Positions 63,435-64,000 of a stretch of 64,000 nucleotides of DNA are shown in pieces. The DNA lies in the IMG/VR virus record IMGVR_UViG_3300037258_000368, positions 2,287-66,286 of that record. One strand, 5' to 3'. Each line of letters opens with the position of its first letter. Position 1 is the stretch's first letter. The translations under genes were made by a program, and so were the position numbers. The notes below the pieces were generated by a model that did not search any database, had not been told where the DNA came from, and was given only the letters and a program-made list of their open reading frames with translations. Origin of the DNA: a virus.

Positions 63435-64000
63435 GGACATTGCACCAATACTCCGGTCCCCGTGGTTGCGATGACTGAGCCGCTCGGCTGCCCTGAGCAG
63501 TTGGCGGCCGATGTAGCTGTTGGCAACGTAAGTACGCCGGTGGACCCGCTATAGATCAATACATTGCCAATGTTGATGTAATTCGCGGGGCTATTATTCG
63601 TGATGAAGATGGCATTGCTGGTGCTGTTGGCGATGCCGCCAGCCCCGTTGCCGATCGCAATAACCCCGGTCCCGGTATTGTTCTCAAGGACGCCATCGCC
63701 GATCCCGATCGTGTCATCTCCCGTATTCCCAACGCATGCCCCGTCGCCTGCGCAAACCACGTCATCGGCGGTTTGATTTTGTCCGGTTGCCGTCCCCATC
63801 AGGATTACCTGGTTCCCGCTCTGCCCGCTCCCGGTGCCCTCACCGATAGTAATGAGGTCATTTCCAGAAGCCATCTCGCCGGCGGCATCGCCAAGAGCAA
63901 TATGTTCCACCGCTGACGTTTCAAAGGCAGCGTCGATCCCCAGAGCCACAATCGAACCAAATCCGGTAAACCCCTGTGCTGCCCCCTCGCCAAACGCAAC
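63431..64000 (-). CDS. Partial tail fibre with YadA-head-like beta-roll repeats (5' truncated)
   Basis: About 14-aa repeats (N.G..VIAIG..A); open to 64000; ends GVLVQCP. Confidence 0.75.
   Translation of the reverse strand, partial: VAFGEGAAQGFTGFGSIVALGIDAAFETSAVEHIALGDAAGEMASGNDLITIGEGTGSGQSGNQVILMGTATGQNQTADDVVCAGDGACVGNTGDDTIGIGDGVLENNTGTGVIAIGNGAGGIANSTSNAIFITNNSPANYINIGNVLIYSGSTGVLTLPTATSAANCSGQPSGSVIATTGTGVLVQCP

Larger units (their letters stand above)
1..64000. mobile_element. Near-complete podovirus-like phage genome (BPP-1/T7-like virion module), probably circularly permuted in this window
   Basis: Terminase, portal, scaffold, capsid, adaptor/nozzle, ejection proteins, lysis, replication and recombination genes; no host housekeeping genes; fibre genes truncated at both ends. 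Confidence 0.95.

Noticed and set aside
1-64000. Diversity-generating retroelement, expected from BPP-1-like virion genes
   Set aside because: No reverse transcriptase motif and no TR/VR pair seen; the unseen part of the genome cannot be excluded
1-64000. CRISPR array
   Set aside because: Only short tandem repeats without spacers; no cas genes

Overview
This GC-rich window holds most of the genome of a podovirus-type dsDNA phage with a BPP-1/T7-like virion module. The host is probably an alphaproteobacterium, inferred from the accessory, replication and late-activator families. The minus strand runs cro, RusA, replication initiator (with iterons), late activator, serine recombinase, TerS/TerL, portal, scaffold, major capsid, then cement, decoration and fibre genes that run off position 1. 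From 64000 downward it continues with fibre genes, three paralogous tail adaptors, nozzle, ejection proteins and a lysis cassette, so the two window ends probably join through unseen fibre genes. The plus strand (about 24.2-33 kb) carries the early recombination block (SMC-like ATPase, ERF, DnaQ-like and YqaJ exonucleases, KTSC, LuxR-type HTH) and two tandem tRNA-Gln genes. No CI repressor, tyrosine integrase, reverse transcriptase or CRISPR array is visible. Main observations: (1) the scaffold's C-terminal peptide HGG[F/M]Y[D/E] recurs in three small head-cluster proteins, a possible capsid cargo-loading signal; (2) an RBS-preceded, TnpV-like gene is overprinted in another frame inside a 2979-aa ejection protein fused to a DarB-like methyltransferase-helicase; (3) several virion fibre/decoration proteins, some Cys-rich, carry Sec-type signal peptides; (4) an ejection protein pairs a lytic transglycosylase with an SGNH esterase-like domain; (5) an Acb2/Tad1-like sponge gene sits between the adaptor genes; (6) a GH16 glucanase lies in the lysis cassette. 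All family calls come from motif recognition by eye, not database searches.
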